Origin: a virus
Reading direction: 5' to 3' (one strand)
Virus record (IMG/VR): IMGVR_UViG_3300029267_001426
Coordinates: 1 to 53,865 of that record
DNA: 53,865 nt
Positions 43,578-51,877 of this stretch are shown here, one piece after another. The notes under the pieces were generated by a model, which searched no databases, was not told the DNA's origin, and saw nothing but the letters and a program-made list of their open reading frames with translations. The first letter of the stretch is position 1. Each line of letters begins with the position of its first letter. The position numbers and the translations under genes are program-made.

Positions 43578-44288
43578 GTGAAACCAGCAAAGGACCAGAT
43601 TCAAGAATACCTGGCCACCCAGCCTGTGGTCCAGATTGTATCTGTGAACCAGGCCACACCAGACCAGTCCCAGGTCCCCCTGTCTGACAATCCAGTCAGC
43701 CGGGAAAGCCTGCTGGCTGCCAGACAGACCTTTCTGAAAGGGGCCACCATTGCCCAGATGACAGGGGAACCCAAGCCCCCAGTCAGCCTGGACCCTTTCT
43801 GGGCCATCAGGGTCATTGATGAAATCCTGGCTTTCAGGGTCAATCTGGCCATAGGGTCCTGGGTGGCTTTCGTCGACGCAGCCCCCACACCAGACCAGGA
43901 TGTCTTGATCCTGGGCCACATTGGGGGCCACAGGGTCAGCCTGGTGGCATCCTGGGACCACGTCACTGGGGCCTGGTATCTGGCAGGCCAGAAAGGCGTG
44001 AAATTCCTGGGCACAGTCACCCACTGGCAGACCATCCCCTGGCCAGGCCAGCTGCCTGCCCCCCAGAATGCCTGGCTGGATGCTGAGACAAACAAGCCAG
44101 CAGATGGCCAGACTGTCCTGGTGTGGACAGGGGAGCAGTCCAGCTGGGGTTCTGGCCCATCCATTGCCAAGTGGCAAGCCCAGGGATGCATCTGGCGCGA
44201 GGCTGACACATCCTTTGAAATGACCCATGTGCTATACTGGCAGCCCATCAGCAGCCCTGAAACAGACCAGAAAGGACCCCTGACATGA
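43578..44288 (+). CDS. DUF551-like repeat protein
   Basis: GTG start 8 nt after GGAG. There are two modules, ending VTHWQTIPWP and VLYWQPISSPE. Confidence 0.55.
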   Translation: MKPAKDQIQEYLATQPVVQIVSVNQATPDQSQVPLSDNPVSRESLLAARQTFLKGATIAQMTGEPKPPVSLDPFWAIRVIDEILAFRVNLAIGSWVAFVDAAPTPDQDVLILGHIGGHRVSLVASWDHVTGAWYLAGQKGVKFLGTVTHWQTIPWPGQLPAPQNAWLDAETNKPADGQTVLVWTGEQSSWGSGPSIAKWQAQGCIWREADTSFEMTHVLYWQPISSPETDQKGPLT

Positions 44289-45175
44289 TCCCCTTGACAG
44301 ACAGAAACATCCCATTGAATGCCTGGCCTGAGACAGGCATGCTTGAACCCCAGCCAGAACCGGCCGAGGCCAGGCAGGCCAGGGCCTGGGGCTTGTATCA
44401 GATGACAGGCTGGCACATCTGCGACCTGGTCATGAATGATGACATGGCCCCCCAGGAATATGCTGACTGGGTCCACCTTTTCAAGGCAGCCCCCACCATG
44501 CTGGTGGCCATCCAGGCTGATGAACTCTACCACCAGCATGTGGTCTTGTGCCCCATCTGCCGGACTGGGGACCTGTGCCCTGCTGGCCAGGCCATGAATT
44601 CCCAGGCCCAGAAAGCCAAGGACCTGGCCATCCTGCTGGCCAAAGGTGTGGACATTGGCATCCTGACCAAAGAATACATCAAGGCAGCCAGGCTGGACCT
44701 GGGACCCACACCAGGCCCCTGGATTGACATCTGTGATGCTGCCCCCCACTATGGCCAGACAGTCTGGGCCTGGTGTGAAAAGGCCCCCCAGTATAGTGGG
44801 CCTGGGCCTGCTGTTGTGCGGCGAGTAGGGGCCAGATTCAAAGCTGTCAGCCACCCTGACCGGCCCTGGGTCCACATCAGCCACTGGATGCCCATACATG
44901 AACCTGACAGCCCACAGCCCCTGTCCTTTTCTCAGCATGTGGGCTGGGTGGCCATTGATGACCAGGAACCCCACCAGGACACTGACATCCTGGTCTGGGT
45001 CTGGGACGATGGCCAGGGCTTTCCCATAGTGGCCCAGTACAGTCCCCCCACTGACCAGGTCAGCATTGACCATGGGAACCCCTGGACATTCCCGAACCTG
45101 GCCACCAGGCCAGTCTATGATGACATCACCCACTGGATGCCCCTGGGGCATCCCACAGAAAGGAACCCATCATGA
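44285..45175 (+). CDS. DUF551-like repeat protein
   Basis: AGAAAGGA RBS and ATGA overlap with the upstream gene. Modules end ISHWMPIHEPD and ITHWMPLGHP. Confidence 0.6.
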   Translation: MIPLTDRNIPLNAWPETGMLEPQPEPAEARQARAWGLYQMTGWHICDLVMNDDMAPQEYADWVHLFKAAPTMLVAIQADELYHQHVVLCPICRTGDLCPAGQAMNSQAQKAKDLAILLAKGVDIGILTKEYIKAARLDLGPTPGPWIDICDAAPHYGQTVWAWCEKAPQYSGPGPAVVRRVGARFKAVSHPDRPWVHISHWMPIHEPDSPQPLSFSQHVGWVAIDDQEPHQDTDILVWVWDDGQGFPIVAQYSPPTDQVSIDHGNPWTFPNLATRPVYDDITHWMPLGHPTERNPS

Positions 45176-46197
45176 CAGTCTGGATCAAGATTGATGAATC
45201 TTTGCCCCCCACAGAAACAGTGGTCCTGGGCTGGATCGAGGAACCCGACAAGCCAGCCATGGCTTTCCCTGCCTTTGCCAAGCTGACTGCTGCTGGGGAC
45301 TGGGAAATTGGGGACCCCAGCCCAGCCATGCAAGTCACCCACTGGGCCTGGATTGCCAGCCCCCAGGAAATGGCAGATGCCCCCACTGATGCCAAGGCCC
45401 TGACTGCCCAGGCCCAAGCCCTGAGAATGGCAGCTGAACATGTAGTCAAGACCAGCCCTGGTGACAAGGATGCCCTGGACCTGGCTGCCCTGATGACCAA
45501 CACAGAGGCCATCATGCGCGCTGGTGATGAACTGATAGCAGCCATGGCCCAGCCCATCCAGGTCCTGGATGACCAGCCATTCCAAGTGGTCAACAGCAGA
45601 CAGGATGGCCAGCCAGATGAATTCCAGACAGCCCCCTGGGCTGGGGATGCCTATCTGGATGAATTGCAGCTGGACCTTGAAACCATATTCCTGGCAGGCC
45701 ATCTGGACCAGCTGCCTTTCCAGATTCTGGATTCTTTGCGGCTCCACTTTGGGGCAGATGGCCAAGATGACACCAGCATGGACCTGACCATTGGCCAGCT
45801 GTCTGTCCTGGATGCCTTTGCAGCCTTTTGCCAATGGAACCATGACAGGGTCAATGTTCACCCAAAGACCCTGGCCTGGGCCTTGAATGCCATCCTGATG
45901 GCCTGCCTGGGCCAGCCCACTGACCTGGTCCACAGGGCAGCCTGGACAATGAGAATGGCAGCCATCCAGCTGGTGGACAAGGACCTGGCTGCCAAGGTGG
46001 ATGACCTGGGCAAGCAGCTGGCAGAGGCCACCCAAGTGGATGACAAGCTGGCCATGGACATGCAGCTGTCAGGGACCCTGGTCTTTCAGAAACACTATGC
46101 ATGCCAAGGCCAGGGCTGTTCAGCCTGTGACCAGGGCTGGGTCTGGGACTGGGCAGTCCATGACCTGGGCCATGGCAAGGGCCAAGGGGCTGACTGA
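45172..46197 (+). CDS. Hypothetical protein with N-terminal DUF551-like module
   Basis: AGAAAGGAA RBS. The N terminus reads WIKIDESLPPTETVVLGW...VTHWAWIASP. Confidence 0.6.
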   Translation: MTVWIKIDESLPPTETVVLGWIEEPDKPAMAFPAFAKLTAAGDWEIGDPSPAMQVTHWAWIASPQEMADAPTDAKALTAQAQALRMAAEHVVKTSPGDKDALDLAALMTNTEAIMRAGDELIAAMAQPIQVLDDQPFQVVNSRQDGQPDEFQTAPWAGDAYLDELQLDLETIFLAGHLDQLPFQILDSLRLHFGADGQDDTSMDLTIGQLSVLDAFAAFCQWNHDRVNVHPKTLAWALNAILMACLGQPTDLVHRAAWTMRMAAIQLVDKDLAAKVDDLGKQLAEATQVDDKLAMDMQLSGTLVFQKHYACQGQGCSACDQGWVWDWAVHDLGHGKGQGAD

Positions 46198-47111
46198 TGA
46201 CTGGCCAGACTGGCTTTGTGGGGGAACAGATTCAAGATGCAGCCCTGCTGTCTATCTCAGATGCTGGGGTCTGCCACTTTCGCTGGGACGATGACCCAGC
46301 CCATGTGCTGAATCTGCCTGCCACCAGCTGTGCCAGGGGTTCCCAGGTTGGGGACACTGGGGTCCTGACCAGATTCAAGGATGGACCCCAGCCCCAAGAC
46401 TGGGCCTGGCGTTTTGAACCTTATCCCAAGGATGGGCCTGTCCAGTCCATAGTCCCCAGCAGCCTGGTCAAGGTCACACCAGTGGGGGCCAAGGTCCTTT
46501 TTGAACTGTCCTATGCTGAATGGTCTGCCCAAGTGTCAAAGATGTGGGACCTATACCGAGCCATGCCATTCATCCTGGGGGACCTGATCGCCTATGGTGA
46601 ACACAGATGGGGCCATACTTATGACCAGGCCCTGGATGCCACTGACTATGAATATGACACCCTGGCCAGTTTTGTCTGGGTCTGTTCCAATGTGCCCTTT
46701 GAAATTCGCAGACCCAGCCTGACCTTTGAACACCACAAGGCTGTGGCCAGGTCATCCATCCCCATCAAGGACAAGGTCCATTATCTTGAACTGGCTGAAC
46801 AAAAGGCCCCAGGCTTTGAATCTGCCAGGGCAATGAAACAGACCATCAGGGACAGGCTGGGCCTGTCCAGTGGCCAGGAAAAGATGGCCTGTCCCATCTG
46901 TGGTGAACTAGAATGGAACGTGAAAGCCTTGCATGGTGTGACCTGTGGCCACTGTGACACCCATGCTGATGAATTGGTCAGACAGCTGCTAGACCTGACA
47001 GCTGACTATGATGACTTGCTGGCCGAGCTCCAACAGGCCAGGCAAGAAATAGCAGCCCTGGAAAGGGCAAGAAAGGAATCCCATGTCCCTAGAATACTCG
47101 GCCCTAGATGA
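46197..47111 (+). CDS. Hypothetical protein (304 aa) with Zn-ribbon and coiled-coil tail
   Basis: TGATG overlap with the upstream gene. It contains the conserved-looking block LGDLIAYGEHRWGHTYDQALDATDYEYDTL...LTFEHHKAVA. Confidence 0.6.
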   Translation: MTGQTGFVGEQIQDAALLSISDAGVCHFRWDDDPAHVLNLPATSCARGSQVGDTGVLTRFKDGPQPQDWAWRFEPYPKDGPVQSIVPSSLVKVTPVGAKVLFELSYAEWSAQVSKMWDLYRAMPFILGDLIAYGEHRWGHTYDQALDATDYEYDTLASFVWVCSNVPFEIRRPSLTFEHHKAVARSSIPIKDKVHYLELAEQKAPGFESARAMKQTIRDRLGLSSGQEKMACPICGELEWNVKALHGVTCGHCDTHADELVRQLLDLTADYDDLLAELQQARQEIAALERARKESHVPRILGPR

Positions 47112-47589
47112 AAACACCATCATTGAACTGGCTGGGGAAAAGACTGCTGCTGAACTGGCTGCCCTGTTCACAAAGAATGGCACGCCAAGGACTGCCCGCA
47201 GTGTATACCAGAAAGCCAGGTCCCTGGGTGTCAGATTCAGGGGGGAACCTGAACCCTGGGATGATTCTGAACTGGACGTCTTGAATGCCTGGGCAGGCAA
47301 GGAAAGCCCCAAGGCCATCGCCGGCCGATTGCCCACCAGGACCAAGGCTGATGTCTTGCACATGGCCAGGTTCCTTGACCTGGACCTGACTGTCCTGGCC
47401 ACCTTTGAAAAGTCTGAAAGGGTCTGGGGCAGGGTCCCTGCTGAGAAAGCCCAGGATGTGGCAGATGCCCTGAATGGCCTGGCCAAGTTTTTTTTGGCTG
47501 AACAGAAAGGGGACTGCCTGGTCCAGACCATCCTTTATGCCTGGGAACAGGCCCAGCTGGTCCAGCTGCCCAGAAAGGGGGACCTGTGA
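47083..47589 (+). CDS. Hypothetical protein, possible HTH regulator (168 aa)
   Basis: AGAAAGGA lies 5 nt before the ATG. It overlaps the upstream gene by 29 nt. Confidence 0.55.
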   Translation: MSLEYSALDENTIIELAGEKTAAELAALFTKNGTPRTARSVYQKARSLGVRFRGEPEPWDDSELDVLNAWAGKESPKAIAGRLPTRTKADVLHMARFLDLDLTVLATFEKSERVWGRVPAEKAQDVADALNGLAKFFLAEQKGDCLVQTILYAWEQAQLVQLPRKGDL

Positions 47590-48278
47590 ACCTGAACACT
47601 GACAATCTTGAACTGGTGATGGATGGCCCACAGTTCCTGGTCACAAAGCGTGAAATCTGCCCAGACTGCAAAGGCAAGGGCAAGATCAAGCATCCTGACT
47701 GGGAAAGGCTTGACCAGGTCATGGCTGACCCTGCTTTCCAGGATGTGTCTGACAAGGGCCACAGGATTGCTGTCCTGATGAAAGAAATGTGGCCTGATGG
47801 GAACCAGCCCCCCACTATCATCCCCTGTGACACATGCCAGACCGAGGGGATCAAGGAAAGCCTGGTCCCCCTGGCCAAGGCCCTGGCCCAGCTGGGCTGG
47901 CAGGCCCCACTAGAAATCAAGGGCAGGCCAGAACTGTGCATGGATTTCCCTATGGACCATGCTGAACATGACCTGGCTGAACTGGACATCAATCCCATGA
48001 TCAAGGGGCTGCTGGTTCAAAGGGGGGGCATCAGCACAGTGGAACAGCTGCTGGACAAGCTGTCACAAAGCCCCCAGGCCATCACTAGCATCAGGGGCAT
48101 TGGGCCTGCCTATCTGAACCAATTGCTTGAACAGCTGTGGGCCTGTGGATTCCCCAAGTGGGGACCCTGGCCCTGGCAAGCTGGGGATGGCATTGACCAG
48201 ACCTGGTGGCAGCCCACACCAGAACAGGCAGCAAAAAGAAAGGAACAGGCACAAAAGGCCAATGACTTGCCATTCTGA
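47586..48278 (+). CDS. Protein with DnaJ-type CxxCxGxG zinc fingers and a helix-hairpin-helix motif
   Basis: CPDCKGKG and CDTCQTEG, then ITSIRGIGPAYLNQLLEQL. GTG start in a GTGA overlap after GAAAGGGGGA. Confidence 0.55.
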   Translation: MNLNTDNLELVMDGPQFLVTKREICPDCKGKGKIKHPDWERLDQVMADPAFQDVSDKGHRIAVLMKEMWPDGNQPPTIIPCDTCQTEGIKESLVPLAKALAQLGWQAPLEIKGRPELCMDFPMDHAEHDLAELDINPMIKGLLVQRGGISTVEQLLDKLSQSPQAITSIRGIGPAYLNQLLEQLWACGFPKWGPWPWQAGDGIDQTWWQPTPEQAAKRKEQAQKANDLPF

Positions 48279-48528
48279 ATTTTATGAACTGGCCCTGATG
48301 GCCCAGCCCAGGGGCCTGAAAGTGGTCATTGAATTCTGGGCATCAGACCAGGGCATCCCCACCATTGATGCTGACACCACAGTCACCATCACTGAACAGG
48401 CTGCCAAGCTGGCTGGCCAGCTGCCGATCGTGGTCACAGCCAGGGGGCCAGCAGCCAAGATGCTGACTGTGGCCACTGAGATTGTCAAAGGGTTCCCCAG
48501 GCTGGATGGGCAGCAGGCCCAAGAATAG
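48262..48528 (+). CDS. Hypothetical protein (88 aa)
   Basis: This is the first ATG near the upstream stop. The RBS is weak and an alternative ATG is at 48298. Confidence 0.4.
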   Translation: MTCHSEFYELALMAQPRGLKVVIEFWASDQGIPTIDADTTVTITEQAAKLAGQLPIVVTARGPAAKMLTVATEIVKGFPRLDGQQAQE

Positions 48529-48538
48529 GAACAGACAG

Positions 48539-48754
48539 ATGAAAGGTCCCCAAGAACAGAAAAGAATCAATGCCATCAAGACCACAAAAAGGTGGGGGCT
48601 GGCCCTGACCCTGGCAGCCTTTTTCAGCCTGCTGATTATGGCTGGGCACATCTGGCCCCAGGATGCCAAGGACTGGCCCTTGTTGGTCACAGGGGCTGGC
48701 TTTTCCCTGGGCTTGTCCTGGCTGATCGCCGATGGAAAAGACTGGCTGTTCTGA
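48539..48754 (+). CDS. Small two-TM membrane protein (71 aa)
   Basis: AGGA lies 8 nt before ATG 48539. The hydrophobic segments are WGLALTLAAFFSLLIMAG and LLVTGAGFSLGLSWLI. Confidence 0.55.
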   Translation: MKGPQEQKRINAIKTTKRWGLALTLAAFFSLLIMAGHIWPQDAKDWPLLVTGAGFSLGLSWLIADGKDWLF

Positions 48755-49317
48755 TGAATAGCTATAGGGCCAGCAAAGGCAAAAGGGGCAAGCCCATTGG
48801 CTGGGCTGACTTGCCTGGTGTGGTCTATCTGCTACACTTTGACAAGCCCCACCATCATGCCCAGCACTATCTGGGCTTTTCTCAGCAGCTGGAAACCAGG
48901 CTGGGCAAGCATTTCAGTGGCAATGGGACTGGCTTGACTCGAGTGATCAAAGAACAGGCAAACAACCATGCAGTCCTGGCCAGGACCTGGCCACACCCAG
49001 CTGGCCTGGGACCTGTGCCAGACAGCCAGCTGGTGGACCAATGTGTTGAAATGGTCCTGAAAGCCAGGGCTGAAAGCCCCAGGCTGTGCCCCATCTGTAA
49101 CCCGGACAAGGCCCTGTCCTTGGCCAGGTATTACACTGTCAAGCCCACAGCTGCTGACCTGGATGGCCAGGACCCTGATGACTGTGAATGGTGGAAACAT
49201 GACCTGGGTCTATTCGTTTTTACTTATGATCCAGACCTGGACCTGATGACAGCTGCCCCACCAGAAAGGACAGACACATGCCAGACATCCCTGGCAACCT
49301 TAGAAATGCTATTCTGA
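48754..49317 (+). CDS. GIY-YIG-like nuclease family protein
   Basis: TGATG overlap with the upstream gene. GVVYLLHFDKPHHHAQHYLGFSQQLETRLGKHFSGNG resembles the GIY-YIG-related phage family. Confidence 0.45.
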   Translation: MNSYRASKGKRGKPIGWADLPGVVYLLHFDKPHHHAQHYLGFSQQLETRLGKHFSGNGTGLTRVIKEQANNHAVLARTWPHPAGLGPVPDSQLVDQCVEMVLKARAESPRLCPICNPDKALSLARYYTVKPTAADLDGQDPDDCEWWKHDLGLFVFTYDPDLDLMTAAPPERTDTCQTSLATLEMLF

Positions 49318-49925
49318 ATGTGGATGCCAGGGACCTGGCTGACCAGCTGCCTGATGCATCCATTGACCTGGTGTTCACTGACCCTGTCTATGACCAGCTG
49401 GATGACTATTTCTGGCTGGCCAAGACAGCTGCCAGGGTCCTGAAACCTGACAGAAATCTGCTGGCCTGGGCCAGTGTGCCCAAGGCTGCCAGGGTCCAGG
49501 GAATGATGGAAATCAGCCCCCTGGACTATGTCTATACCTTGACCTATACCGTGAAAGCCAAGACCTATAGAATGCGCGGCTATCACCTTTTTTGCTGGAC
49601 CACACCCTGTCTGTGGTTCAGAAAAGGGGCTGGGTTCATGCCTGACCCCTGGGTCCCAGACACGTTCATCAGCAGCAAAAGACCTGATGGCGCTCACAAG
49701 TGGAACAAAAACCAGGCTGTCCTTGGGGCCTGGCTGAAAGCATACTGCCCCCCAGGGGGCACAGTCTGGGACCCATTCTGTGGGGGCGGGTCAATCCCTG
49801 TTATGTGCAAGATGCTGGGCCTGACCTATGTGGCATCTGAGATTGATCCAGACACAACAGCCATGGCCATAGACAGGCTGGCCAACACGCTGCCCCTTTT
49901 TGAAATGATCCAGGGGCAATTCTGA
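49278..49925 (+). CDS. Beta-class amino DNA methyltransferase (N6-adenine or N4-cytosine)
   Basis: Motif IV IDLVFTDPVY precedes motif I VWDPFCGGGS, which is the beta-class order. AGAAAGGA lies 7 nt before the ATG. Confidence 0.75.
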   Translation: MPDIPGNLRNAILNVDARDLADQLPDASIDLVFTDPVYDQLDDYFWLAKTAARVLKPDRNLLAWASVPKAARVQGMMEISPLDYVYTLTYTVKAKTYRMRGYHLFCWTTPCLWFRKGAGFMPDPWVPDTFISSKRPDGAHKWNKNQAVLGAWLKAYCPPGGTVWDPFCGGGSIPVMCKMLGLTYVASEIDPDTTAMAIDRLANTLPLFEMIQGQF

Positions 49926-49938
49926 GAAAGGACCCGAC

Positions 49939-51102
49939 ATGGCCGACCAAGCCAACAAAGAAAGCCCACCAGATGAACTGGATGTGATCCAGCACAGAAA
50001 TCCAGTGGATGCCCTGGGCTGGGCAATGATGTCCCATGCAGCCACCTTGGACAAAGACCTGTCTGATGGGGCCTATAGACTGCTGGGCCTGCTGATTATG
50101 CATGCTCAGCAGAAAGGAATCTGCTGGCCCCTACGTGAAACCATGGCAGACAGGCTGGGTGTGTCCCCTGAAACCATCAGCCGCCGACTGAAAGAACTGG
50201 CCCAAAGGGGTTACATCACCAGACAGCGCAGGCTGGACAAGTCCACCCTAACCTGGATGGAAACCTGGAACCAGAACCCCAGATTGATCATGGTGGCCAT
50301 TGATGAACTGGTCAGACAAGCCCAGGCCAGGGCTGACAGGTCCCAGGGCACACATGTCAGAAATGACATGAATGACCTGTCAGGAATGACAGGAATGACC
50401 TGTCAAGAATGGCATGAGGAAGAAGAACAACATGAACCAGAACAACATGAAAAAGAAACTGGCCAGCCAGCTGGCCAGGGTCTTTCTGGGGACCAGGGGC
50501 CTGAAAGTGGGCCTGGGAGTGGGGACCCCACATCTGACCTGGATGCCCTGCTGGGCAGGCCCCCACTTTCCAGCCAGCCCAGGTCTGGGCCAGCCACCCA
50601 GGGCCTGGACCTAACAGGGGCCACAGACTTGCTGGACGTGATTCAAAGGGCAGCAGCCCACAAGGCCAGTGGAAAGGCAGCCAGGGCAGCAGCTGTGGCC
50701 AGCCCCCACCAGGCAGACCTGTCCCCCTGGGCAGCAGGCCCCCTGGATGAATTCTGTGAACTGGTGGCCAGGTCTGTGGATGGCCTATCAGCATCTGAGG
50801 CCAAGAACTGGCCAGCAGAATTGGCCAAGCTGGCCGCCGATCGAAAGAAACCAGCCACACCAGATGAACTGGCAGCAGCCATCAGGATGGTGGCAGACCC
50901 CAAAGGGGATTTCCATTTCATGACCTTTGTGTCCCCTTTTGGGGATGGGTTCAAGTCTGCTGTGAACACTATGCTTGATAGGCATCGGCGGGGCGTCTCA
51001 GCTGATGCCATCACCCAAGGACCCCAGGACCAGGCCAGGGATGGGGACATTGGGGCTGACCAGAAAGCATCCTTGGCCCATGCATTCAGAAAGGGAAACT
51101 GA
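49939..51102 (+). CDS. Replication initiator-like winged-HTH protein
   Basis: LRETMADRLGVSPETISRRLKELAQRGYITRQRR is the wHTH. GAGAAAGGA RBS. It lies upstream of the DnaC-like loader gene. Confidence 0.6.
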   Translation: MADQANKESPPDELDVIQHRNPVDALGWAMMSHAATLDKDLSDGAYRLLGLLIMHAQQKGICWPLRETMADRLGVSPETISRRLKELAQRGYITRQRRLDKSTLTWMETWNQNPRLIMVAIDELVRQAQARADRSQGTHVRNDMNDLSGMTGMTCQEWHEEEEQHEPEQHEKETGQPAGQGLSGDQGPESGPGSGDPTSDLDALLGRPPLSSQPRSGPATQGLDLTGATDLLDVIQRAAAHKASGKAARAAAVASPHQADLSPWAAGPLDEFCELVARSVDGLSASEAKNWPAELAKLAADRKKPATPDELAAAIRMVADPKGDFHFMTFVSPFGDGFKSAVNTMLDRHRRGVSADAITQGPQDQARDGDIGADQKASLAHAFRKGN

Positions 51103-51104
51103 CC

Positions 51105-51698
51105 ATGGCATTTTTCAAGACCAAGAAAGATGGGGGGCTTTATGAACAGACATACTGTGCCCACTGTGTCCACCAGCAGGGCTGTCCTGTGCTCGAGCTC
51201 CACCAGGCTTGGAATGATGAACAGCATGGGGTCACTGTCATCCAAGAAACCAAAAGACTGGCCCTGGAAACCTTGATCCCCCAGGGGTCTGCTGGGCCTG
51301 GCCCTTGCCGCCTTTTCCAGCCCAAGCAGACCAGCTGGGCTGGGGATGAATTTGAATACCAGGTCATGCCCATCACATCCATTGGCCTGCCCCTGACAGA
51401 ATATCCTGGCCGCCATCCCCCTGGGCTGGTGGACCTGGGGAACCATGGCTGGATGCTGGCAGCCATCCACAGCCCAGCTATAGGACCAGTGTGGGCTGTG
51501 TTCTACCGTCGCAAGGCCCAGGGAATGCCCCTGGCCAGCAGGCTGGCTGCTGTCAGGTTCCTGGTGGAAACAGCCCCTGGCAGCCCAGTCCCCCCACCTT
51601 TTGAGGTCCCCGGCTTTGCTGTTGGGTTCCCTGAACCAGACCAGACCAAGAACCCAGTCCAGCCCAACAGCCCCCCAGAGGATGGCCCATGTTCCTAA
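51105..51698 (+). CDS. Hypothetical protein (197 aa)
   Basis: AGAAAGGGAA lies upstream of the ATG. Confidence 0.6.
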   Translation: MAFFKTKKDGGLYEQTYCAHCVHQQGCPVLELHQAWNDEQHGVTVIQETKRLALETLIPQGSAGPGPCRLFQPKQTSWAGDEFEYQVMPITSIGLPLTEYPGRHPPGLVDLGNHGWMLAAIHSPAIGPVWAVFYRRKAQGMPLASRLAAVRFLVETAPGSPVPPPFEVPGFAVGFPEPDQTKNPVQPNSPPEDGPCS

Positions 51699-51877
51699 AA
51701 GCCCTAGTGGGCTTGATTGACTGGCTGGGGGACACCCTGGCCAGTCATCTTTCCAAGCCCCCAGAACCAGGTCAGGTCACTGACAAGGAAAAAAAACAGC
51801 ATCAAGCCTGGGCAGCCCTGGGCAGATGTGCCAAAAAAGATGACCAGCCCCAGGCTGATGAAAGGAATAGGAAATGA
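51689..51877 (+). CDS. Small hypothetical protein (62 aa)
   Basis: GAGGA lies 6 nt before the ATG. ATGA overlap with the downstream gene. Confidence 0.45.
   Translation: MFLKALVGLIDWLGDTLASHLSKPPEPGQVTDKEKKQHQAWAALGRCAKKDDQPQADERNRK

Noticed and set aside
43601-45151. 516-aa minus-strand ORF
   Set aside because: It is antisense to the DUF551-like genes, with no RBS, the same compositional artefact and no motifs.
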